Part shown: piece after piece, positions 8,534-16,077 of the stretch
How positions within the stretch are numbered: position 1 is the stretch's first letter
How the letters are laid out: the number at the start of each line of letters is the position of its first letter
Assembly: GCA_051532055.1 (NCBI GenBank)
Contig: JAOPTX010000084.1
Coordinates: 1 to 18,587, forward strand
Source: Fibrobacterales bacterium
GTDB lineage: Bacteria > Fibrobacterota > Fibrobacteria > Fibrobacterales > JAOPTW01
DNA: 18,587 nucleotides
Direction of reading: 5' to 3'
Notes under the pieces: model-generated
Told to the model about the DNA's origin: nothing
Seen by the model: only the letters and a program-made list of their open reading frames with translations
The model's database searches: none
Translations under genes and position numbers: made by a program

Positions 8534-8709
8534 TGTAAACCTTTGTAAACCCACTTATGAATTAACTACAATTTAATTATCAAACCAGAATAGAACCCAG
8601 TTCGCTTACCTAGGGTAACCATGTTATTAAGTCATCTACTTTTCTATCTTTTGATACAACATTACAATTAACGGTTTACACACCCCTTTATCTATCTCAA
8701 CTGTAAACC
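8534..8709. promoter_or_regulatory. Four copies of TGTAAACC in a divergent intergenic region; candidate transcription-factor operators
   Basis: Exact TGTAAACC at 8534-8541, 8544-8551 and 8702-8709, and its reverse complement GGTTTACA at 8673-8680. The regulatory role is inferred. Confidence 0.5.
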
Positions 8710-8721
8710 TGAGGAGTTTCC

Positions 8722-10302
8722 ATGCATACTTTAGTACGCTTAACGTATACCCTTATATTATTTTTATGTATTGGCTGTTTTGATTTTGGAGTACAAGAAA
8801 AATCAACGAGTGCAGGTCTTCTGTCATCAGATTCTGGTACATCATTTACTGAAAGCAGCAGCGACTCATCACCAGAGAGTTCTGAATTGGTAACAAATTC
8901 AAATCTTGAGAGTAGTGAGTCAGAGTATTCCCTTGATAGCCCTAGCATCTCGAGCTCATCAACTTCTCACCCTGAATCACCTGAAGCCAGTATTTTAGAG
9001 TGCTCAGATGGCATTGATAATGATAACGACGGATTAATCGATTGTCTCGACACTCGTTGTTTTAACCATATTTTCTGTTTTGAAAGAGGAACTTCTCTAT
9101 GCAACAATGGAATTGATGACGACTATGATGAGCTTGTTGATTGTGATGAACCTGCTTGCATTGAAACCCAAAAGTGCAAAGCCGCCTCACTACCCGAGAG
9201 TTCATCCAGTGAGTCAAACCAAGGTTCATCTGATGATATATCTTCTTCCATACAGCTCATAGACATCTTTGGAGAAAACAGTGCTGAACTCTGTGACGAC
9301 AGCAAAGACAATGACAATGATGGAAATACCGATTGCGCCGATTCTGAATGTCATACATATGATTTTTGTAGTGAAAATAGCCTATATACCTGCACTGATG
9401 GTATTGATAATGACAGGGATGATACTGCTGATTGTGACGATCAAGATTGTTGGTCCATACCTGGTGCCAATTGCGGTGAATTGACTCAAGCCATGTGTGA
9501 TGATGGCATTGATAATGATAACGATGGTCATCCAGATTGTCTTGATCCAGATTGCCTTGTTTTTGAAATATGTGCCTGGATAACAGGAGATGGTGAAGGG
9601 CAAGGAGATGGGTGCGGATGTATTGGCAATAGCGACGGTAGTGGTGGCGGAGCCGGCATAAGGGCCAGCTGTGAAGGAAAAACTCTGGTACTGAACAAAT
9701 TTGAAAACTTCACCATGACTGTGTATGATCATAATAAAGGCACCGATTTTGGTAACGGAAATGGTGCTGACATGCTGAGACAAGGTATGGTCGGCGATAA
9801 ACTTATTGATGGAAGGCCAACCTATAAAAAGGACCTATGGAACAACAAAAACATAGCTCAATGGTGGAGCGAAGATTATGCAAATTCATCGACTATAGTA
9901 AAAATCCCATTTGCAAAAGCAGGGGAAGCAACTTATAGCTATAATGATACCGATTTTTTCCCTCTAGATGTAGGAGATGCTCAAGAGCAAGACCCTGACA
10001 TAAACTACTATTTTACCGGGCATATGCAGTGGGAGTTTATCTACGACGGACAAAAAGGCCAATTTTTTAGTATTTCTACAAATGATGATGGCTTTGTCTA
10101 CCTCAATGGTAACCTTGTACTCGATATTGGAGGAGTACATACCCCTATTGAAGACAACTTTATACTTGATGAGGAACTTGATAAACTTGGTATTGCTGAA
10201 GGGGAAACCATTACCATCGATATATTTTTTGCAGAACGTCAAAAAATGGGATCAGAATTACGCATACAATTTAGCATGCCCTGTATTTTTAAAGACTTAT
10301 AA
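8722..10302 (+). CDS. Fibro-slime (PA14-like) domain lipoprotein with Ser-rich linkers and five Cys/Asp-rich putative metal-binding repeats
   Basis: GAGGAG SD and lipobox CIGC, then an S/E linker and CxDGIDNDxDGxxDCxDxxC repeats. The C-terminal domain has TVYDH, FFPLD, NYYFTGHM, NDDGFVYLNGNLVLDIGGVH and IFFAERQKMGS. Confidence 0.93.
   Translation: MHTLVRLTYTLILFLCIGCFDFGVQEKSTSAGLLSSDSGTSFTESSSDSSPESSELVTNSNLESSESEYSLDSPSISSSSTSHPESPEASILECSDGIDNDNDGLIDCLDTRCFNHIFCFERGTSLCNNGIDDDYDELVDCDEPACIETQKCKAASLPESSSSESNQGSSDDISSSIQLIDIFGENSAELCDDSKDNDNDGNTDCADSECHTYDFCSENSLYTCTDGIDNDRDDTADCDDQDCWSIPGANCGELTQAMCDDGIDNDNDGHPDCLDPDCLVFEICAWITGDGEGQGDGCGCIGNSDGSGGGAGIRASCEGKTLVLNKFENFTMTVYDHNKGTDFGNGNGADMLRQGMVGDKLIDGRPTYKKDLWNNKNIAQWWSEDYANSSTIVKIPFAKAGEATYSYNDTDFFPLDVGDAQEQDPDINYYFTGHMQWEFIYDGQKGQFFSISTNDDGFVYLNGNLVLDIGGVHTPIEDNFILDEELDKLGIAEGETITIDIFFAERQKMGSELRIQFSMPCIFKDL
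9001..9573 (+). repeat. Five intragenic repeats encoding C-x-D-G-I-D-N-D-x-D-G-x-x-D-C-x-D-x-x-C-x(5-7)-C
   Basis: Repeat units begin at Cys codons 9001, 9100, 9292, 9391 and 9496. A Ser-rich spacer lies between units 2 and 3. Confidence 0.9.
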
Positions 10303-10335
10303 TTACAATGTTACCCCTTCTCAAATCCTCTATGT

Positions 10336-10479
10336 AACTTTGTACTGGATGCCCTTCTCGATAATTTTGGTATTGCTGAAGGGGAACAGTTTACCTTGGG
10401 CTTTTTTATTGTCGAGGGTCAAAAAACGGGTCCTGAAGCAATCATTGAAATTACTATACCCTGTTTAGTTATTGACTAA
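10336..10479 (+). pseudogene. Second, diverged copy of the fibro-slime C-terminal 47 codons, in frame with the upstream gene
   Basis: 10336-10476 aligns without gaps to 10156-10296 (offset 180 nt; 97/141 identical by hand count). It translates as NFVLDALLDNFGIAEGEQFTLGFFIVEGQKTGPEAIIEITIPCLVID*. There is no in-frame ATG or SD before it. Confidence 0.8.
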
Positions 10480-10490
10480 TTCCACACTAA

Positions 10491-10838
10491 CTACCCCCAA
10501 AAGCAGTGGTGGCTATCATCTATCACTGTATTAAAAAATGCATCAGCTGTTGGCACTTCGGGCCTAGGCTCATAAGCATGCCACTTTTCATCTCTCATTT
10601 TCCAGAATATTTTCCACTGCTTTGTTGTTTGAATATAAGTCCCTTTTGCAACAGGGATATCAGTTTTCAGCATGGGTGTTTTAAAGAAGGGACGATTTTC
10701 GTACACCACTAGGGAGCGCCCTTCAGTCCGTACTTCAATATCTAAATCTTTTCGCACCTCTGGTGGGGGACGTATCGCAGCTAAGAAGAGAAGTTTTGCA
10801 TCCTCAATATTCTGTTGTTGTTCGAGAGAAAATTCCAT
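10491..10838 (-). CDS. DUF3024 domain protein
   Basis: 115 aa with RPPPEVRKDLDI, YENRP, PVAKGTY..TTKQWKIFW.MRDEKWHAYEP and a terminal DDSHHCFWG, all characteristic of DUF3024. Confidence 0.85.
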   Translation of the reverse strand: MEFSLEQQQNIEDAKLLFLAAIRPPPEVRKDLDIEVRTEGRSLVVYENRPFFKTPMLKTDIPVAKGTYIQTTKQWKIFWKMRDEKWHAYEPRPEVPTADAFFNTVIDDSHHCFWG

Positions 10839-10962
10839 CGTGTACCATAAGATATTTTACAGAAGCCTACTCTTAAAGTAATCACATTTTCAAACGTTCG
10901 GTACAATTTTTAAAGTATAATTCGGTAATGATGACCTGTTCTCTATTAAACAGTAGGAAACC

Positions 10963-10996
10963 AAAAAAGAGCACCATTCCCCGGTGCTCTTTTTTT
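10963..10996. terminator. Intrinsic terminator, potentially bidirectional, downstream of the GH16 gene
   Basis: AAAAAAGAGCACC-attcccc-GGTGCTCTTTTTTT: a perfect stem with A and T tracts on both sides. Confidence 0.9.
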
Positions 10997-11052
10997 AAAA
11001 TATGAGTTGGCACAATACCAATGCTCTCCCCATACACTCTTACTCTACTCTA

Positions 11053-12273
11053 CTACTCTTTTGGAAAACATTCATCAGGCTCATACCCTTTCTGCCCCCA
11101 TGTTAGAGCGAGAACCATATAGCCATTTATAAACTTAACATTGTTTCCATTAAATGTTGATCTGTTTTCTGCAAATGACCACGAGGCTGTCTTCCATCGC
11201 CCTCCATCAAATCCATTGAGGTCATCAGTCCATTCATGTGAAAAATCAGACCCTTCATCACCAGCTCCTGGAGTCCATTTTGAATATTTTATCCAATCAT
11301 AAATCGCTGCCGCTGGTAGTGCATCAGTTTTAAAATGACCAGCCCATTCATGGAGTTGCTCAGTATTTGCTACTGGCCAATGATTAAAATGGAGCGACAT
11401 TTCTGTATTATTAAAATGATGCATTTGAGAACCATCATCTTTAGTATCGCGACGAACCTCTTCACCATCTACAGACCACGCTATATAGTCAGAAGTCCAT
11501 TCAATAGCATATACATGAAATCCCTCTACAGGTGCAGGGTACAATTCATGATGTTCTTCAGCATGATCAAGTGGGGAAAAACCGGTAAGAAGATTTGACT
11601 GAAATGACCCAGGGCGACTCCCCAAAAATTCCACATCAACTTCATGCCAAAATTCCTCTGATTTTTCTGAGCCTTGCTTATAGAGGAACATTGATGATAC
11701 TGTTCCAGGTATTCCTGGAGCCATCACTCTCACTTCAAACTTCCCTGAATTAAACTTTTGATGACTGAAGAGTTCACCACCCCAAATATTATAATCTCCC
11801 ATATTTGGATCATCATTAACATCCTCGTATGGAGTGAGGCCTTTCATTTGACAAATATCAATGACTCTTTCAGAACTACTTGGTTCTTGTGATGAAGAGC
11901 TCTCGAAAACAGCTGAAGAACTGACCTCAGAAGATGAACTTATTATTTTTTCTGATGAAGACTGAATAATCTCAATTGGTGTCGATGACGATGAAGATTC
12001 AACGGGGGTTTCTCGTGAATACGGTGGACTCACTAATGAGGAAGATGAAGAGCTCTGCTCTAGAGAACTTTCATCAACAATACTCTCTTGAATACTCGAA
12101 ATTAAAGATACTCCTTCAGCTGAAGACTCCTCGACCTCGGCAGTACCAGTAGCTGAATCTCCCAAACATCCAGCAATACCTATTAACAGTATTACCCCTG
12201 TAATAAATGTCGTTATGGTTTTGAATAGTTTGTACATGAGTTTAAATGTGTGTTGTACTAAAATTACAATCAT
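11053..12273 (-). CDS. GH16 endo-beta-1,3-1,4-glucanase (lichenase-like) lipoprotein, circularly permuted Fibrobacter type
   Basis: AAGGA SD before ATG 12273 (alternative start 12237), lipobox IAGC and a Ser-rich linker. Catalytic motif WHEVDVEFLG (ExDxE), plus GGELFS, GKFEVR, GTVSSMFLY, FQSNLLTG and FHVYAIEWT, with C-terminal WTDDLNGFDGGRW...WSF..N...GYMVLALT. Confidence 0.93.
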   Translation of the reverse strand: MIVILVQHTFKLMYKLFKTITTFITGVILLIGIAGCLGDSATGTAEVEESSAEGVSLISSIQESIVDESSLEQSSSSSSLVSPPYSRETPVESSSSSTPIEIIQSSSEKIISSSSEVSSSAVFESSSSQEPSSSERVIDICQMKGLTPYEDVNDDPNMGDYNIWGGELFSHQKFNSGKFEVRVMAPGIPGTVSSMFLYKQGSEKSEEFWHEVDVEFLGSRPGSFQSNLLTGFSPLDHAEEHHELYPAPVEGFHVYAIEWTSDYIAWSVDGEEVRRDTKDDGSQMHHFNNTEMSLHFNHWPVANTEQLHEWAGHFKTDALPAAAIYDWIKYSKWTPGAGDEGSDFSHEWTDDLNGFDGGRWKTASWSFAENRSTFNGNNVKFINGYMVLALTWGQKGYEPDECFPKE

Positions 12274-12507
12274 TATTATTCCTTAAGTTAATACCCTCTA
12301 AAGAGCTTACGCCTTTGGAAACAAGTGTTTTTATATATCTCAAACATTACCTGATACCCCCACCAAGTAACTTCTTAGAAACTATATTATTTTATTCGGG
12401 ATTGCATAATTTTTACATTCAATACTGTTTAAAAAAAACTTATAGCACTGATTTTAGAAATTTGGATTATCCCCTCCCCTCGTTCCCATCTTTTGTACAT
12501 TAGTTCT

Positions 12508-13416
12508 ATGGAAGTTGAAAACACAAATATGATACAGAAAGACGAAAGAGTAACTCTTTTTACCGGTCCTCAAAAAGAGGCCTTTGAGCTCTCCCTACTT
12601 CTCGCCTCACAAGATATTCAACACTGGATAGAAAGCCTTCCTGATTTAACCTATGCAATACAAGTCGAGCCCCCCCTTATCCCAAAATGCAAAGAAGTCG
12701 TCCAACTGTATATTGCAGAAAACCATGACTTTTTCGCACTCCCCAAAGAGGTATATCCACTCGTCTACAAACCCCAAACCCTACTCCTCTTACTTATTCC
12801 TACGATATTTTTTATTTTGGAAACATTTGGGGGCCAGCTCGATCTATTGCACAAACTAGGAAATGCCCACTCTCAAAAAATCATTCATGATGGTGAATGG
12901 TGGCGAACCTTTACTGCACTCACTCTCCACTCTGGGCCCGGACATTACCTCAGTAACATGGTCAGTGGGTTTCTCATTTTTAATCTTATTGCTGTCCGCA
13001 CCCATATTGGTTTCTGGCTTTTTGGGATCCTCTGTTCTTCAGCTTTTGCAAATTTTCTCGTAGCACTTTCATGGAGTGAGGTAGCTCATCGTTCAATCGG
13101 TTTTTCTACTGCGGTCTTCGGCGGTCTTGGCCTTCTTGCAATCATGGAAATGCGTCATTCAAAACGTGCAGGCGGCCTAGAGATGCGTAATTTTGCACCA
13201 TTTCTTGCCGCTATATGCCTCGTTGTCTTTATGGGTATCGGTGAAAAAAGTGATATTCTCGCTCACTTTTATGGTTTTCTCTGTGGTGCTCTCTATGGAG
13301 TATTGATCCCCATAACTCAGAAAAAGGAATATTGGGGTCAACTCTTTTTAGTTGTTTTAGGATACTTGCTTGTTCTACTCAGCTGGTCATTCGCAACAAA
13401 CTTTTTTGTTTTCTAG
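12508..13416 (+). CDS. Rhomboid family intramembrane serine protease with soluble N-terminal domain
   Basis: GEWWRTFTALTLH, HYLSNM, catalytic GFSTAVFG (GxS) and DILAHFYG (His), with multiple TM helices. ATG 12508 is preferred over TTG 12493; the start is uncertain. Confidence 0.92.
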   Translation: MEVENTNMIQKDERVTLFTGPQKEAFELSLLLASQDIQHWIESLPDLTYAIQVEPPLIPKCKEVVQLYIAENHDFFALPKEVYPLVYKPQTLLLLLIPTIFFILETFGGQLDLLHKLGNAHSQKIIHDGEWWRTFTALTLHSGPGHYLSNMVSGFLIFNLIAVRTHIGFWLFGILCSSAFANFLVALSWSEVAHRSIGFSTAVFGGLGLLAIMEMRHSKRAGGLEMRNFAPFLAAICLVVFMGIGEKSDILAHFYGFLCGALYGVLIPITQKKEYWGQLFLVVLGYLLVLLSWSFATNFFVF

Positions 13417-13448
13417 GAAGAGTTCATCTATTAACCTAGTTTACCTAC

Positions 13449-14168
13449 ATGAGGGTATTTGTTTTAGAATCTAATAGGAAGCTGCTACTTCACATTCGCA
13501 ATGTTTTAGCTTCAGCGGGATTTCACCCTGTGACATCAAGTGACTTCGCAGAGCTTATTGAGGCTCTTCAGTTAGAGCACTATAGCGCTATTATTATTGA
13601 TTGCACCCTCTTTCCACAAGAGACTCTCGACTTTATTCACACTATCAGAGATATTGAACAAAACTACGCACTAAAAATATTCATCCTTTCGCCAAAACCA
13701 TCCAAAGAATATGCACTCAATCTCATAAAAGCTGGTGTCGATGGTTTTATCATTAAACCTATCATTGATGACCAATTTGAATTACAATTTCTTGCGCTTA
13801 TGAATGAGTATTCCCATGAAAATAGACGGAGATATGTTCGAGTCACTCCCAGGAAACAAAAAAAGGCATTGGCCAAAATTGTAAGTCCCTACACAGGTAA
13901 TCTCATTGAATCTCGTATCTTTAATATCTCTATTGGAGGTATGGCAGTACACATTGACGCTATTAATACAGAAACTGAATCATTGTTTCAGGTAAATGAT
14001 GTTATACGAAATGTGAAGATGTACTTGGATACAACCCTTGTTATCAGTACGATTCAGGTAATTGGCTTAGCTGATGGACGGCTCGGCGTACTCTTTATAG
14101 ACCTTGAGGAAAGTGCTAAAACTATCTTATGCAATTATATAATGGAAACAATTGAACTCAGTGAGTAG
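13449..14168 (+). CDS. Response regulator with receiver domain and C-terminal PilZ domain
   Basis: Receiver motifs IIIDC (phosphoacceptor Asp), FILS and AGVDGFIIKP. PilZ motifs RRRYVR (RxxxR) and NISIGGM ((D/N)xSxxG). Confidence 0.88.
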   Translation: MRVFVLESNRKLLLHIRNVLASAGFHPVTSSDFAELIEALQLEHYSAIIIDCTLFPQETLDFIHTIRDIEQNYALKIFILSPKPSKEYALNLIKAGVDGFIIKPIIDDQFELQFLALMNEYSHENRRRYVRVTPRKQKKALAKIVSPYTGNLIESRIFNISIGGMAVHIDAINTETESLFQVNDVIRNVKMYLDTTLVISTIQVIGLADGRLGVLFIDLEESAKTILCNYIMETIELSE

Positions 14169-14200
14169 TCCTTCTTTAAAAGTAGAGCACTCTCTAATAA

Positions 14201-15880
14201 TTAGCGCAACCGTAAAATATTATCTTTAGCCACTCCCGCCCACCAACTTGAAGGGTTTGCTTTTATAAAGCGCGTGAAGTAATCAATTGCAATTTTAAAA
14301 TCTTTCGTTTTAGAATGAAGAAAACCTAAATTATACTCAACAGTTGGTTCACTCGGAAGGCGTTCTGATAATTGTAAAAATAGATCTCGTGCTGCAATCC
14401 ATGCATCTTCTGTACAAAAAGCAATTGCTCTCTCGTATAGTACATCAGGATCACAATCATCACCTTGTTCGCGAACCTGTTGATCTAATAACTTAATTTT
14501 TTCTATATAATCTTTAGATGACATAGGCGGGGTAACATATTTTGCTGGTATAAGTATATGCTGTTTATTGGGCCCAATTTCATGTTCAAACCAAAACCGA
14601 ACCTCTTTGGTCATTACTTTATATCCTTTATACTCTTTGGTCATCCAAATGATATACTCTTTAGTGAATTTAGCTCTAAAATCCATTGTTGATTTTATAC
14701 CCTCATTACCTTTTACACCAGTAAAACCATTGAAGAGAGACTTATCTTCATCCATATCTATTCTATACTCAACAATAGCATTGATAACAGACTGTTCTTT
14801 AGAGGTGTAAGGCATAACTGGAATTATTAGTGCATTATTCTTCCAGTCATACATCCCATGCCCTTTACCAGGGACAATTACAATATCTGGTTTACCAATA
14901 TAGGCGACTTTATGATTTTGATACAGTTTAGAATCAAACTCCTCGATAAGTTCGAATAATTCATTCACAAATTCAAAAGTGATAATTTGATTTTTCCCAT
15001 GGAGTACCGCGATAGATTCTGCCTTTACGCGATTTGCACTGAGTTTAACAAGCCCTTTGAGGTAGTTTACCTCTTCTCCCATTCTATTTTGTAGCTCACC
15101 CATTGATATCGCGGCAACATCGCTATTCAATTTTTCAAGAAGCTCGTCTGCTTTGGATAAGGCTTTTTTGGTTTCTATAATTTTTTCAATTGAGAGCTCA
15201 ACATTTTTACTCAATTGTTTCACTTTGTTTAAAAAATTATCGTCCTCGATTTCAGATAAAATAGACTCAGAATTAACCATAAATCCATTCAGCTCTTCTT
15301 CTTTTTTAAGATGCTCACGCCGCTCTTCTGGGGTCATATTATGGCCTGACGCCACCTCTGCTTTACGAATAAGACTTTGAAGAAATGCATCATCTTTATT
15401 ATTCAGGAGCTCAATTTTTACGGGGTCAGGTTTTCTTGATTGAGTAGTTACTATGGAAGCACGCTCTTTTTGAAAATTTAAGATAAGAAGATCAAGTTTC
15501 TCTCTTTTATCCTTTAACATACCGATCTGCTCTTCAGTATCTTCGATCTCTTTAAATTTCAAAATTTCATTGAATTTTTTATCGAGCCAATCAGTAAAGT
15601 AGTACTGTCGATCCAAAAGAATATCAAAACCATCACACAGTTCATTTACTGATTCAATCACTTCTTCAGACTCTATTATTTTAGGATCCAAAAAACCAAA
15701 ATTAAGTTGCTTTTTATAATCATCAAGTGTTAACTCAATTTTGGAACTATCTTCCACTTCATTACGAACTATTTCGTTAAGCCACTCCCAATAGAAGCTA
15801 TTAACTTTATAGAGATCGCCCCTCTCAACGGACTCTTCGCCCAACAATTTCAATAATTCTTGTTGCTCTTCATCTATCAT
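14201..15880 (-). CDS. Hypothetical protein with long coiled coil, globular middle domain and C-terminal TPR
   Basis: 559 aa. E/K/L-rich heptad region, and C-terminal YERAIAF...AARDLF and EYNLGFLHSK..DFKIAIDYFTRFIKANP TPR motifs. Confidence 0.82.
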   Translation of the reverse strand: MIDEEQQELLKLLGEESVERGDLYKVNSFYWEWLNEIVRNEVEDSSKIELTLDDYKKQLNFGFLDPKIIESEEVIESVNELCDGFDILLDRQYYFTDWLDKKFNEILKFKEIEDTEEQIGMLKDKREKLDLLILNFQKERASIVTTQSRKPDPVKIELLNNKDDAFLQSLIRKAEVASGHNMTPEERREHLKKEEELNGFMVNSESILSEIEDDNFLNKVKQLSKNVELSIEKIIETKKALSKADELLEKLNSDVAAISMGELQNRMGEEVNYLKGLVKLSANRVKAESIAVLHGKNQIITFEFVNELFELIEEFDSKLYQNHKVAYIGKPDIVIVPGKGHGMYDWKNNALIIPVMPYTSKEQSVINAIVEYRIDMDEDKSLFNGFTGVKGNEGIKSTMDFRAKFTKEYIIWMTKEYKGYKVMTKEVRFWFEHEIGPNKQHILIPAKYVTPPMSSKDYIEKIKLLDQQVREQGDDCDPDVLYERAIAFCTEDAWIAARDLFLQLSERLPSEPTVEYNLGFLHSKTKDFKIAIDYFTRFIKANPSSWWAGVAKDNILRLR

Positions 15881-15975
15881 ATGCTGCTACTTGGCTAAAC
15901 CCTGAGTATAAGATAAATATTATACCGTACTCGCTTCACTTTTTCAAGATTTGCCTCAAATTGTCATAAAAAAGT

Positions 15976-16005
15976 AAAAAAAAGCCTGTTATTCGATAAC
16001 AGGCT
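15976..16005 (-). terminator. Intrinsic terminator downstream of the NAD(P)H oxidoreductase gene
   Basis: AGCCTGTTAT-tcg-ATAACAGGCT perfect stem preceded by an A-run, which is a U-tract on the - strand. Confidence 0.88.
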
Positions 16006-16077
16006 CACTGGATTCAGGTAGTTTTGAGGATTTCAAGACCTCATAAGGATCTTCTACTTCTAAAGAATCTTAAAAGG

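Noticed and set aside
8486..8554. N-terminal extension of the GATase-like ORF
   Set aside because: The family-like N-terminus and the SD fit ATG 8485. The extension covers probable promoter DNA.
9001..9573. CRISPR-like periodic repeats
   Set aside because: The repeats are degenerate at codon third positions and encode protein repeats within an ORF.
10082..10468. 128-aa + strand ORF overlapping the fibro-slime 3' end
   Set aside because: It is an alternative frame with no recognisable features. The homology signal lies in the fibro-slime frame.
10156..10476. Diversity-generating retroelement VR/TR pair
   Set aside because: The mismatches are not adenine-specific: by hand count only 6 of 44 have A in the downstream copy and 19 of 44 in the gene copy. 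No reverse transcriptase is present in the window.
4106..10838. Integron cassette array or mobile island
   Set aside because: Genes are in mixed orientation, and I saw no repeated attC-like sites, integrase, transposase or terminal repeats.
11008..11024. Possible sigma-54 promoter TGGCAC...TGC
   Set aside because: The GG-to-GC spacing is 12 nt rather than 10, and it points into the 3' end of a convergent gene.
11037..11060. TACTC micro-repeat around the GH16 stop codon
   Set aside because: Only about three imperfect units with no evident function.
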